Shown here: in pieces, positions 41,863 to 53,000 of the stretch
Layout of the letters: every line of letters starts with the position of its first letter
Numbering within the stretch: position 1 is the first letter of the stretch
NCBI GenBank assembly: GCA_963827275.1
Contig: CAWHAA010000008.1
Location: 96,001 to 160,000 of the forward strand
DNA: 64,000 bases
Source: an uncultured Spirochaetota bacterium
Lineage (GTDB): Bacteria; Spirochaetota; UBA4802; UBA5550
Reading direction: 5' to 3'
Position numbers and translations under genes: made by a program
Notes under the pieces: model-generated
What the model saw: only the letters and a program-made list of their open reading frames with translations
Databases searched by the model: none
Told to the model about the DNA's origin: nothing

Positions 41863-42237
41863 ATGAAAAAACTGTTCTTTTTCGTTATGGTTCTCACTCT
41901 CATGACGGGATGCTCGAAATCAAAGGCGGTGCAATTCTGCGAGGGCGTTTCGCCGGAGGGCGAAGGGGTGAACTGCGGCACCAGGTTTGAGGAAGGCGAA
42001 CTGACCGCCGTCATCCGCGCGGAGGCGCCGTTCGGCGTGAAAACCATCTCGCTTCATGTCTTCGAGGTGAATCAGAACAAGGCAGAGAAGACCGCCACGC
42101 TTACGGTCGATGTGAGGCCGGACAGAAACACCGCCTCGGCAACCCTTTCACTCTACACCGAAGGGAAATACCGCGTCAAGGCGATGAGCGGGAACAACGT
42201 CATCGGTGACGGTGAGATATCAATAGTGGAGCGCTGA
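41863..42237 (+). CDS. Hypothetical lipoprotein
   Basis: MKK signal, lipobox MTGC; beta-rich. Confidence 0.7.
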   Translation: MKKLFFFVMVLTLMTGCSKSKAVQFCEGVSPEGEGVNCGTRFEEGELTAVIRAEAPFGVKTISLHVFEVNQNKAEKTATLTVDVRPDRNTASATLSLYTEGKYRVKAMSGNNVIGDGEISIVER

Positions 42238-42245
42238 GGCTGTGG

Positions 42246-42761
42246 CTATCCGGCTTGCTGCGATTTTCGCTTCCGTTCTTCCTGATAAAATACCAGTATC
42301 AGCAGAAACGCCCCCACGACAATAGACGAATCCGCGACGTTGAAGGACGGCCACCGGTATATGCCGTCGACGCCGACCGAGATGAAGTCGACCACGCCGG
42401 GCCTGCCGGGGACAAGCCGGTCAATGATGTTGCCGACCGCCCCGGACACGATGAGGGCCATCGATGCGCTGAAGAGGACGGTCTTGTTCTTCTCAATTAT
42501 ATAATAGGCAACCATCAGGGTGAGCACGATGATCGACACCACCAGGAAGAGGTTCTTGTGGCCCTGCATGATGCCGAAAACGCCCCCCTCGTTGTACACG
42601 AGTGCGATCCTGAAGAACCCGTCAAGGAAATCCGCCCGGTCGCCGAAACCGAAATTCCTGACAACCAGGTACTTGGTCACGACATCCAGCGTGAGGATGA
42701 CGGAAATCAGGCAGAGGGGTAATAGAAAAGAGTTTATTCGTTCCTTGTTCATGTCGCTCAC
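42246..42761 (-). CDS. lspA: Lipoprotein signal peptidase II
   Basis: LDVVTK, NEGGVFG, GAVGNIIDR, VVDFI, FNVADS; follows ileS. Confidence 0.95.
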   Translation of the reverse strand: MSDMNKERINSFLLPLCLISVILTLDVVTKYLVVRNFGFGDRADFLDGFFRIALVYNEGGVFGIMQGHKNLFLVVSIIVLTLMVAYYIIEKNKTVLFSASMALIVSGAVGNIIDRLVPGRPGVVDFISVGVDGIYRWPSFNVADSSIVVGAFLLILVFYQEERKRKSQQAG

Positions 42762-45521
42762 TTTATCGCTTTTATTATGTCAGTACAGCGCCCGCAGAGC
42801 TCGGGGTGGGCCGGGTCCGCGCCGATCGTTTCGAAATAGTTCCAGCAGCGGACGCACTTTTTTCCCGACGTCTTTGCGGCCGATACCGATGAATTGTCGT
42901 AATCGCGCATGGCACCGCTTTTTTCCGGTGCGAGCGTCACTGTCGCCACCTGGAAAAACCGGGCGGCTTCGGTCCCCATCTCCGCTATCATGTTCTTCAC
43001 CGCTTCGTCGCGCACGTGCAGCACGATGTCTGCCTCGAGGGATGATTTCACGATCTTGTCCCTGCGGCAGATCTCGAGCTCTTTCAGCACGTCCTTCTTA
43101 ATGTCAACCAGGCGCTCGATTTTCTGCTCGATCTCCGGGTTATCGTATTTTTTATCAAGGACATGGTAACGCTCCATGTGGATCGATCCCGTGCCGCCGG
43201 TGAACTGCCAGATCTCTTCCATGGTGAAAGCCAGGATCGGGGCCATGAGGCGCGTGAGCGATTTCAGGAGTTCGCCCTGCACCGTCTGGTTCGCGCGCCG
43301 CTTCCTGGAGTCGGGCAGCTCGACGTACAGGATGTCCTTCGAGATGTCGAAGTATATCGATGAAAGCTCCACCGCGCAGAAGTTCAGGAGCTTGCGGTAC
43401 ACCAGGTGGAACTCGAACTTCTCATAGTGCTCGATGATCCGGGCGGAGAGGTGGTACAGCTTGTGCAGGAGCCACCGGTCCAGGTCGGACATTTCTTCGT
43501 AGGGGACCGCCATGACGGGATCAAAGTCGGACAGGTTGCCGATGATGAACTTGAAGGTGTTGCGGAAGCGCCGGTACGAGTCGGCGATCTGCTTCATCAT
43601 CTGTGCGCCGATGCGCACGTCGTTCCGGTAATCCTCCGAGGAGACCCAGAGGCGGAGGATATCGGCCCCGTATTCCTTGATGAATTCCTCGGGGGACTTG
43701 ACGTTGCCGAGCGACTTGCTCATCGCCTTTCCTTCCTCGTCGAGCATGAAGCCGTGGGTGAGGACGGTGTTGTACGGCGCGCGTCCGCGGAGGACCATCG
43801 CGGGCCAGAAGGAGGACTGGAACCATCCGCGGTGCTGGTCGCTCCCCTCGAGGTAGAGGTCGGCGGGCCACCGGTGGTCTTTCCAGGTGATCGAGCACGG
43901 CGAAATGGGAGACGCCTGAATCGAACCAGACGTCCAGGATGTCGAATTCCTTCACGAAAGTTACACCGCCGCATTTGCATGTTGTTCCCTTCGGGATTAG
44001 GTCGCCGATCGGGTCTGTGAACCAGGCGTCGATCCCTTTCTTCCGGGAGATTTCGCCGAAGAGCTTTACGCTCTCGGCGCTCATCATGTTCTCGCCGCAT
44101 TGTTCGCACCGGAACGACGGTATGGGGACCCCCCAGGAGCGCTGGCGCGACAGGCACCAGTCAGGCCTGGTCTCCACCATGCCGAGGAAGCGCGACTGGC
44201 CCCACGAAGGGATCCACTCGGTGTTCTGCACGTTCGCGATCCCTTTTTTCCGAAGATCGTCATGGTCGATGCTCAGGAACCACTGTTCGGTCGCACGGTA
44301 GATGAGCGGCTTCTTGCAGCGCCAGCAGTGGGGATAGGAATGCTCGATCTTTTCGGTCTTGATCAGGGCCTTCTTTTCCTTGAGGAGCTCCACGACTTTA
44401 TCGTTCGCATCAAAGACGTTGATGCCCTTCATTTCCTTGAAGTCATCGGTGAAGCGGCCGTGCTCGTCGACGGGGCAGTACACGTCGAGGCCGTACTCGA
44501 GGCCGACGACGTAGTCCTCGTGGCCGTGGCCCGGCGCAGTGTGGACGATGCCGGTGCCCGCGTCGAGGGTGACGTGCGTGCCGAATATGATTTTTGATTC
44601 GCGGTCGATGAAGGGATGACGGACCGTGAGCTTCCTGATTGCCTCCATATCGACCGGAACTTCGCCTTCCATTTTGCTTCCGACCGCGGACTCGATCTGG
44701 GAGATGAGCTCCTTCGCGACAATATAGTATTCCCGGCCGAACTTCACCGCCGAATACTGGAAGTCGGGATGGAAGCTCACCGCGAGGTTGGCCGGCATGG
44801 TCCAGGGCGTGGTGGTCCAGATGACCACGTACAGGCTGTCCCTGTCGACGCCGGGGATGGCCACGGTCGCCGGGTCCGCCTTGAACTTCACGTAGATGGA
44901 CGGGGAGGTGTGGTTGGCGTATTCCACCTCCGCCTCGGCAAGGGCCGTCACGCAGACGGGGCACCAGTAGATCGGTTTTTTGCTGCGGTATATGTATCCC
45001 TTTTCAAGGATCCCGCCGAACGATTCCACTATGGTCGCCTCGTAGTCGGGGGTCATGGTCTTGTAGGGGTTTTCGTAATCGCCGAAGACGCCGAGGCGCT
45101 TGAACTCCTCCATCTGGATCTTCACGAACCGTTCGGCGAAATTGCGGCACAGGTCACGGATCTTTTCCTTTGGCATGCTTTCCGCTTTCACGCCGAGCTC
45201 TTTCATGACATTGTGCTCTATCGGAAGACCGTGGCAGTCCCATCCCGGCACGTAGGGGGCCTTGAATCCCATCTGGGTCTTGTGCTTGATGATTACGTCT
45301 TTCAGGATTTTGTTGAGGGCATGGCCCATGTGAAGGTGCCCGTTGGCGTAGGGGGGGCCGTCATGAAGGATGTAGAGGTCCGCTCCCTTGCGTGATGCCA
45401 GTATCTTATCGTAAATCTTTTCCTTTTCCCATTTCTTGAGTATTTCCGGCTCGCGTTGCGGCAGGTTCGCCTTCATGGGGAAATCGGTGGTCGGCAGGTT
45501 GACGGTTTTTGAATAATCCAT
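42758..45521 (-). CDS. ileS: Isoleucyl-tRNA ligase, with a 1-bp frameshift near 43890
   Basis: HDGPPYANGHLHMGH, WDCHGLP, WTTTPWT, WCLSRQR, DVWFDSG; other frame continues WPADLYLEGSDQHRGWF, AMSKS, CVRCW..C..C. Confidence 0.95.
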
Positions 45522-45644
45522 TGGGCCCTCTATATTATTTTACATCTGTTCCGGCAGTTGATAGCTCCCCGGAACGATGGATAGCATGAAAATAATATTC
45601 AGACACCTGATTTTAGCGCCTTTTGTCAATGTTTTTTTTGGAGG

Positions 45645-46574
45645 TTACTGCTTCGCGCAGCCGATCTGCATATTCTGGAACATCTCATCAAAAACCGCTC
45701 TGAGATCGGTGTCCCGCCAGTTGTCCACCCGGCGGCCCGACCGGTCGGTAAACGCGGCGCCGTTGTAATACACGACCGCCCAGAAAAAGGCGCCGCTGCA
45801 GCGGAAATAGCGCGCCAGCACCCTTCCCCGTATCAGGACCGGGTGCCACGGCCCGACGCGTTCGTACACCGCCGCGGAAGGGAGGCCGATATAGTTCCGT
45901 ATGGAGGAGAAGAGCTTCATGCCGGTCTTGCCCGTATCGGTCAGGGCGGCCATGGTTTCAAAGTCGCCCGTGATCGAGCGCCATGACATGCCGCGCCGGT
46001 CCGTGAGTATGTTCGTTTCAAGCCCGCTCCCCTTTTTCCGGTAGAAATAGAATTCCCGGTCGAGGTCGGCGCGGGTGTAGTTCTCCTGGTTCTGATGGGT
46101 GGACCAGACGATGATTTTCTGGTCCAGCTCGGGGAGCAGGAGAAGGGAGGGTTCATTCAGGTTCGCGAGATCGTCCGGTTTCCCGTGCGGATCGGCGAGG
46201 ATGAAGCGCCGCCCCATGCCGATATCGTCGTCGAGGATGATGTAGACGCCGAACCAGGCATCCTTGAATTTGCTCTCCGGGTCCAGGAAGTTTGAAACGT
46301 GCGGGTCCGCACCCGGCGCGGTTTTCTGGTAATTGCCCACCGTGTAAATATTGTATGCCGTCACCAGGACACGGCCGTGTGAAATACCGGAGAGCATGCG
46401 GTCGAACCGTATGATGAAGGGCTCCCTGTACAGCCCGGGCGCGACCCTGTCGAACCGTACGTGTATGCCGCTCTCTTCCGGGTCGGCATTTTTGAACAGC
46501 CTGGCGATGTCCGCCGGTCCGCAGTACATATGCGCGGCACACATCGCGATGCAAAGCATTTGTATGGCCCTCAT
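45645..46574 (-). CDS. Hypothetical exported protein
   Basis: 309-aa ORF after a GAGGAG RBS; signal-like N-terminus. Confidence 0.6.
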   Translation of the reverse strand: MRAIQMLCIAMCAAHMYCGPADIARLFKNADPEESGIHVRFDRVAPGLYREPFIIRFDRMLSGISHGRVLVTAYNIYTVGNYQKTAPGADPHVSNFLDPESKFKDAWFGVYIILDDDIGMGRRFILADPHGKPDDLANLNEPSLLLLPELDQKIIVWSTHQNQENYTRADLDREFYFYRKKGSGLETNILTDRRGMSWRSITGDFETMAALTDTGKTGMKLFSSIRNYIGLPSAAVYERVGPWHPVLIRGRVLARYFRCSGAFFWAVVYYNGAAFTDRSGRRVDNWRDTDLRAVFDEMFQNMQIGCAKQ

Positions 46575-46595
46575 GCGCTCTCCTCGATAGATGGA

Positions 46596-48692
46596 TCAGG
46601 CGGTTGCTGCCGCCTGCCGGTATAGCACCGTTCCCGGTTCCCGTGCCGTCCTGTTTGTTATGGTGGTTGCCAGCGTGGTCCTGCTCGCGTAGATGACCGC
46701 AAGGTGCTTCGCACGGGTAAGCCCTGTGTAGAGGATCTCCGTTGTCAGCAATGACCCGGTTATGGTTCCCGGCAGGATGAGGAGCACGCCGTCGTATTCG
46801 GAGCCCTGGCTTTTGTGAACGGTTATGGCGTAGGACAGGTCATGGGGCGGGAGGGTCCCCAGGGGATAGAGGCGCGTGCCGTCGGACCGGTTGAACACGC
46901 CGTAATGATGCCCGTCGCCCGACAGGAGCACAATGCCGGTGTCGCCGTTAAAAAGGCCGCGGGCGTAATCGTTCCTTGTTATGATGATGGGGGCGCCTGA
47001 GTATATGCCCCCCGTACCGGCGGGATCGAGTGTCGCCGCCAGCGTGTTTTGTAAATAGTCGTTGATCCCGGAGGCGCCGGCCAGTCCCGACCTGACAGGG
47101 GTCAGTATCCGCCCGAGGTCCAGCGCTGACATGATTTTTTTCAAAAGGTGTGAGGATTCCCCGCTCCCGGCTGCAATGTCAGTGCCGGATATGCTCCTGA
47201 TCAGCTCACTGAGCGTCATCCCTTCGCTGACCACTGCTTCATACTGGCGGGTCGCCCACGAGCCGATAACCCGGCGAAGATCTGTTGCATAGGGGGCGCC
47301 GCCCTTTCCCGGTTCGATGCGCCAGACCCCGCGCGCGGGGAAGCCGTCACGCGGATCCAGCTCGGGGATGTCGTCTATCACGGAACTATCCTGCGCGATG
47401 ATCTTCCGGGCGACCGCCGTGATGGCCTCCTCTGACCGGTAGCATTCTTTCAGGATGACCACACGGTCGTCCATCGGACCGGCGTGGATGCCGCTGCCGG
47501 CACCCTGATCGTTGGACGGTGCCGGGGATTCAAAGCCCGGGATGGCCGGCGATGACGTGCGTGCCGGCGTCGTGCCGGGCGCGGTCCCGGTGTCGTCGGG
47601 GATCAGGTCGGCGAGCACGGCCCCCGCCTCCACCGAGGGGAGCTGGTTGCGGTCGCCCAGAAGCACCAGGCGCGCCGTCCCGCCAATGGCCTGGAAAAGC
47701 CTTCCCAATAAAACAATATCGATCATGGACGCTTCATCGACGATTACCAGGTCGGCGGGAATCGGGTTGTACCTGTTGTAAAAAAAATCGTCCCGCGACC
47801 GCCCGTATCCGAGCAGGCGGTGAATGGTGACGCCCTGCAGCCGCGCTATGGCGCGGTCATGGTGATCGGGACCGGCAATTGACTCTATGCCGCCGCGGAT
47901 CGAGTCGGTCAGGCGCTGGGCCGCGCGTCCCGTGGGCGCGGCGATCCTGATCCGCTCCGGCAGGGTCCCCGTCCGCGCCATTATGCGCAGGAGCGTCAGC
48001 ACGATGAATGTCTTGCCCGTGCCCGGGCCCCCTGATATGAGCGCAACGTTGTTAAGGAGCGGCAGAAGGACGGCGAGGGTCTGCTCTCGGTTCAGGACGG
48101 CGGCGGCGCCGTTTACCATGACGGGTTTTTCCCGGAGCACCGCCGCCATGGCGGCTGCTATCGCGTCACGGTCGATCCCGGGTGCCGGGGGGCGCGCCAG
48201 TATCGCCGCGAGCGACTCCGCCATGTCGCGCTCGGCGGAGTAGTACTTCTGGAAATAGAGGGATTGCGCGCCGGCCCCCTCCACGAGTACCAGCGGTTTG
48301 TATGCGTCGCCCCGGGTGTCCGCGTCCCGGGGCGCCCCTGCCGTCACGCGGTGCACCAGCCCGGGGTGGCGCACCGGGCTCTCGATGACAGCGCGGTAAA
48401 GCTCCGCATCGACGGGGCCGGCGATCGGTCCGAGCTTATGCGCAAGCGAGCGGGGATCAAGCTTCAGGCAGACGCTTCCCTCCGTCAGGGAAACGAACAT
48501 TGCGATGAGGAGGAGGTGGAGGGGAATGTCGCCGGTTCCGGCGCAGCGTACCAGGTCCCGTATGGTCAGGTAATCAACGGCGCTCAAATTAAGCGTTTCT
48601 GCCGCTGCGCCGTAGATTGATTTCAATTCGGGAGGGTCCCGGTCGGTAACCACTGACAGGTCACAAAGAAGCTGTAAGGTAACGTCGTTCAC
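46596..48692 (-). CDS. recD: Exodeoxyribonuclease V alpha subunit (RecD)
   Basis: LYFQKYY, ISGGPGTGKT, APTGRAA, TIHRLLG, VDEASM, GDRNQLPSV, NGDTG, TVHKSQGSEY, LYTGLTRAK. Confidence 0.9.
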   Translation of the reverse strand: MNDVTLQLLCDLSVVTDRDPPELKSIYGAAAETLNLSAVDYLTIRDLVRCAGTGDIPLHLLLIAMFVSLTEGSVCLKLDPRSLAHKLGPIAGPVDAELYRAVIESPVRHPGLVHRVTAGAPRDADTRGDAYKPLVLVEGAGAQSLYFQKYYSAERDMAESLAAILARPPAPGIDRDAIAAAMAAVLREKPVMVNGAAAVLNREQTLAVLLPLLNNVALISGGPGTGKTFIVLTLLRIMARTGTLPERIRIAAPTGRAAQRLTDSIRGGIESIAGPDHHDRAIARLQGVTIHRLLGYGRSRDDFFYNRYNPIPADLVIVDEASMIDIVLLGRLFQAIGGTARLVLLGDRNQLPSVEAGAVLADLIPDDTGTAPGTTPARTSSPAIPGFESPAPSNDQGAGSGIHAGPMDDRVVILKECYRSEEAITAVARKIIAQDSSVIDDIPELDPRDGFPARGVWRIEPGKGGAPYATDLRRVIGSWATRQYEAVVSEGMTLSELIRSISGTDIAAGSGESSHLLKKIMSALDLGRILTPVRSGLAGASGINDYLQNTLAATLDPAGTGGIYSGAPIIITRNDYARGLFNGDTGIVLLSGDGHHYGVFNRSDGTRLYPLGTLPPHDLSYAITVHKSQGSEYDGVLLILPGTITGSLLTTEILYTGLTRAKHLAVIYASRTTLATTITNRTAREPGTVLYRQAAATA

Positions 48693-48880
48693 CGCTGCCT
48701 GTTTTTAGAGATAGTGTAGGCCGCACGGCCCGGCCCGTCAATATTTATTATTTTTTTTCTTGCATAATTCATGTAATCCGTATCACCATTCAGGAGCGTG
48801 TTGTATAACTATAAGCGTGGTTGTCTGAAAAGCCTGAAAGACTCATGAGACAACCCCGCCGCACGAACTGCGGGGTCTAT

Positions 48881-49729
48881 ATGAAAACTGTCGCAATTAT
48901 CGGCACCGGGCTCATGGGGACTGATATCGCATTTGCGTCGGCCATGGCCGGGTTTGAAGTCCTGTTGGTTGACGCGAGCAGGGACCGCGTGGTTTCGTCC
49001 CTCGGGAAGATACAGGAACGCCTCAAACGCTATGCGGCTTCGGATAAAATTGAGAAGCACAAGGCCGACGGGATTTTGAAACATGTCACGGTCTGCGGCG
49101 CCATGGATGAGATCGCCGGCGCAATGATCGTGATCGAATGCGTGTACGAGGACCTCGAGGTGAAGCGGCGGGTGTTTCTCGAAATGGACCGCGTGTGCCG
49201 CGCCGACGCGGTGCTCGCCTCAAACACCTCTTCCATATCCATCACTGAAATAGCGTCGGTAACGAAGCGGCCCGAATCCGTCATCGGCATGCACTTCCTG
49301 AACCCGGCCCACGTGATGAAGCTGGTGGAGCTGATCCCCGGCATCGCCACCACGCGGGAGACGGTCGAAACCGCGAAGACCTTCGTGAAGAAGCTCGGGA
49401 AGACGCATGTCGAATCGAAGGATTATCCCGGCTTCTTGCTCAACCGGATGCTGGTCCCCATGATCAACGAGGCGGTGTACCTCCTGTACGAGGGGGCCGG
49501 CACCGCGGAATCGATCGACCGCGTCATGAAGGCGGGACTCAATTTCCCCATGGGACCGCTGGCGCTGGCCGACATGATAGGGCTGGACGTGCTCCTGGCC
49601 GTTATCGAAGAGATGTACCGCGGCTATTCCGACGCCAAGTACCGGCCCTGCCCGCTGTTAAAGAAGTACGTGGCGGCAGGATATCTCGGGAAGAAATCGG
49701 GCAGGGGATTCTACATCTATAACGATTGA
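48881..49729 (+). CDS. hbd: 3-hydroxybutyryl-CoA dehydrogenase
   Basis: GTGLMG, ASNTSS, GMHFLNP, PGFLLNR, PMGPLALADMIGLD, GKKSGRGFY. Confidence 0.92.
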   Translation: MKTVAIIGTGLMGTDIAFASAMAGFEVLLVDASRDRVVSSLGKIQERLKRYAASDKIEKHKADGILKHVTVCGAMDEIAGAMIVIECVYEDLEVKRRVFLEMDRVCRADAVLASNTSSISITEIASVTKRPESVIGMHFLNPAHVMKLVELIPGIATTRETVETAKTFVKKLGKTHVESKDYPGFLLNRMLVPMINEAVYLLYEGAGTAESIDRVMKAGLNFPMGPLALADMIGLDVLLAVIEEMYRGYSDAKYRPCPLLKKYVAAGYLGKKSGRGFYIYND

Positions 49730-49834
49730 TCCTTCCCCCGGCCTACGGGTTCTTTCACTGCTTTCCCCATGCGTTCATTAATCGAGAACTTTTTCGGGCA
49801 AAACGAAGTCTATGAGAAAACAGGATAATTAAGT

Positions 49835-49966
49835 TCTGGCAGGGAGTTGTCCCGGCGAGCAGGCGACAGGACGTCGCCGTTTCCGCCGAGTCAATCCCGA
49901 TTCATTAAAAGAAAAGACGGAATCGGGATTATACGAGGCGGACGAGCGGGATAACTCCCTGCCAGA
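49835..49966. repeat. ~132-bp palindromic intergenic element (REP/IRU/MITE-like)
   Basis: Terminal arms TCTGGCAGGGAGTTGTCCCG / CGGGATAACTCCCTGCCAGA (19/20); inner AATCCCGATTC/GAATCGGGATT; side hairpin GGCGAC-AGGAC-GTCGCC. Confidence 0.75.
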
Positions 49967-50016
49967 TTTAATAAAATTCATCCGTATTTAAACCCTTCAC
50001 GACCGCGAGGTTCCGC

Positions 50017-53000
50017 ATGAAAGCCATCAAGCATGCCTTCCTTATTTTTTTGTTAAGCCTGTTAATCGTGCCGTTATACGGCCCTCACACGCGGGGCAAA
50101 TCATCCCCCGCTGAAAAAACAGCCGTGGCGGCGGCCCGGACGGAATACAACGCATATACCGACCGCTGGCAGGCGGTTGAAGAATCGGACGGCGCGGGAA
50201 AGCCCCGGTCCGCGCTTGAAGCGGTTGAGAAAATCCTGATCCTCGCACGCAAGGAGCGCAACGCTCCTCAAATAGTGAAAGCCCTGGTGCACCGGGTCAA
50301 GTACCTCATGGAGGTCGGCGAGAAGGAGCACCCTGACATCCTCCGCATGCTTGAATCGGAGGCGGCGGCCGCCCGGTTCCCGGAAAAGCCGCTGCTCCAG
50401 TCGCTCCTCGCCGAGGCATACTGGAGTTATTTTTCGGCAAACCGCTGGGCCTTTTATAACAGGACCGCGACGGTCACTCTTAAGGAAGACGATGTCGCCA
50501 CCTGGGACCTCGCGAAGATCATGGAGCGTAGTATCACCCTCCACCGTGAATCGGTCCTGGAGGCGGAGCGTCTTAAGAAGGTCCCGCTGGGGCTGATGGA
50601 TGAAATCGTCACCAGGGGGAGCGCGCCGCGGGGGTACCGCCCGACCCTGTATGATTTTCTCGCGCACCGCGCCGTTGATTTTTTCATGACCGACGAGAAC
50701 CAGCTCACCCGGCCCGCGCGGGAGTTCGAGATCGACTCCGCCGGCTATTTCGGACCGGCCGAGAAGTTCGCCGCGCTTGCCATGGCGCAGAATGACCCGC
50801 TGTCGCTGCGCTACAATGCCGCGCGCCTTCTTCAAGAACTCACCCGGTTCCACCTGGCGGACCCCGCGTCCGATCCCGGCGCCCTGGTCGATGTTGAATT
50901 GAAGAGGCTCCGGTTCGCGCGCGAGAAGGCAGTGGTGCCTGACAGGGAGTCCCTGTACATCAACGCGCTGCGCCTCCTGGGAAGGAGGCACGGCAGCCAC
51001 CCGTCGTCGGCGCTGGTCTCGTACGAAATAGCGGAATGGCTCCGGGCCCGGGGCCTTGAATGGAAGGAGGGGAGTCCTGACGACCACCGGTGGTCGATCC
51101 GGAAGTCGGCCGAGATCGCGAGCGGCGTCATCAGCCGTTTCCCCGGCTCGGAAGGGGCGCTCCTGTGCGCGCCGCTCACCGTCATGGACAAAAATCTCTC
51201 GCTCACGGCGGAGAGGGTGAATGCGCCCGGGAGGCCCTTCCGGATACTCGTGAAGTATAAAAACCTTGCCCGGTTACATCTCCGGGCGGTGAAGATCTCC
51301 GCCGACGAATGTGAAACACTGGATTCAGATAATGAAGCGACGGAGAAAAAGATAGAGCGTCTTGTGAAGCGCGCCTCCCTCCATGAATGGAGCGTCGCCC
51401 TTCCGGATGACGGCGACCTGCGCGAGCACGCGGCCGAGGTAGCGGCGCCGCCGCTTGAAGCCGGCTGCTACGCGCTGCTTGCGGGCACGGAGAAGACTTT
51501 TTCATTCAACGGCAGTGCGGTGGCGTTCATGACAACGACCGTGTCAAACCTGGGGTTCGTCCACCGGCTTTCGCTTAAAAAGGGCGCCTTCTTCTGCGTG
51601 ACACGCCGCGACACCGGGGAGCCGCTCGGCGGAGTGAGCGCGGTGATCAGCGGCAGGAAGTACGATTATTCAAAGAGCCGGTACGTCACGAGCGTCCTGG
51701 GGAGGCTTGTTTCGGACAAAAACGGCGTCATCATCTTTCCCATGGATAAAAAGAATGACTATTACCACAGCACCATGAGCATCACGCTCACGAGCGGGAC
51801 TGACCGCCTGAAGTCGGAGTTTTACAGCTACGCCCACGGCGAGGGCTCCCGCAATGACTACCAGACCCACTTTTTCACCGACCGCTCGATCTACCGTCCC
51901 GGGCAGACCATCTACTTCAAGGCGATTCTCCTGAAGCTCGATGGCGACCGGCAGTATAAGATATGTGCCGGCCAGGACACCATCGTGGAACTGCTCGATC
52001 ATAATTCGCAGAAAGCCGGCGAGGTGCGTCTCCGGTCAAACCGGTACGGCACGGTGAGCGGGAGCTTCACGGCGCCGTCGGGGGTCCTCACCGGGCAGAT
52101 GACCATCCGGAACGGGTCCGGGGCCCAGGCCATCAGGGTGGAGGAATACAAGCGGCCGCGGTTCGAGGCGGGATTCACTCCGGTGCGGGGCAATTACCGG
52201 CTCGGGGAAAAGATAGCCGTGAGCGGGTTCGCGCGTTCCTATTCAGGCGCGCCGCTTTCCGATGCCGCGGTCAGGTATACCGTGGTCAGGAAGGTGTGGT
52301 TCATGTACCGGTGGGGGGGCTGGTACTACCGGCACTACAACGGGCAGGAGACGGTCATGGGAAAGGGGGAGGCCAGGACCGATGCGAAGGGCGAATTCAC
52401 GGTCAGGTTTGACGCGCTGCCCGATACGCGGATCCCGAGATCGGAACAGCCCGCTTTTTCCTACGAGGTCCAGGCCGATGTCACCGACATCAACGGCGAG
52501 ACGCACGGGGCGTCAACCGGGATCACGGCCGGTTATACCGCCCTCGTCGTCGATATCCCGAACCTGCCGCAGGCCATTGACACGGGGAAGAGGCTCGCGC
52601 TGGAGGTGAACAGCAGAAATTTCAGCGGCGAATTCGTGCCGGCGAAGGGGACGCTCTCTATTGCGCGGGTGAAGGAGCCCGAGCGCCTTCTCCGCCCGCG
52701 GCTCTGGGAACAGCCGGACCGGTTTGTCATGTCCGCGAAAGAGTATGCCGTGCAGTTCCCGAATGATATATATAAAGACGAAAACGCACCGGAGAACCGG
52801 GGAATAGAAAAAGTATGGTACTCCGCGGCCTTTGATACCGGCAGGGAGCGCACGGTCATCCCGGGTGACATCAGCACCTGGCCCGATGGCGACTACCTCG
52901 TGTCAATTGAGACCCGGGACGCCTACGGAGAAACAATCAGGTACCGGAGATATGTTTCCGCGTACGCGACCCGGGAGGGAAGGACCTCCCGCAAGAAGTA

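Noticed and set aside
43880..43895. Split ileS as a pseudogene or programmed frameshift
   Set aside because: Essential gene restored by removing one base, with no slippery site. Similar single-base indels in mlaD (~1913), the Lig-like gene (~17375-17480), ybhB (~57175) and ~63790 point to sequencing error.
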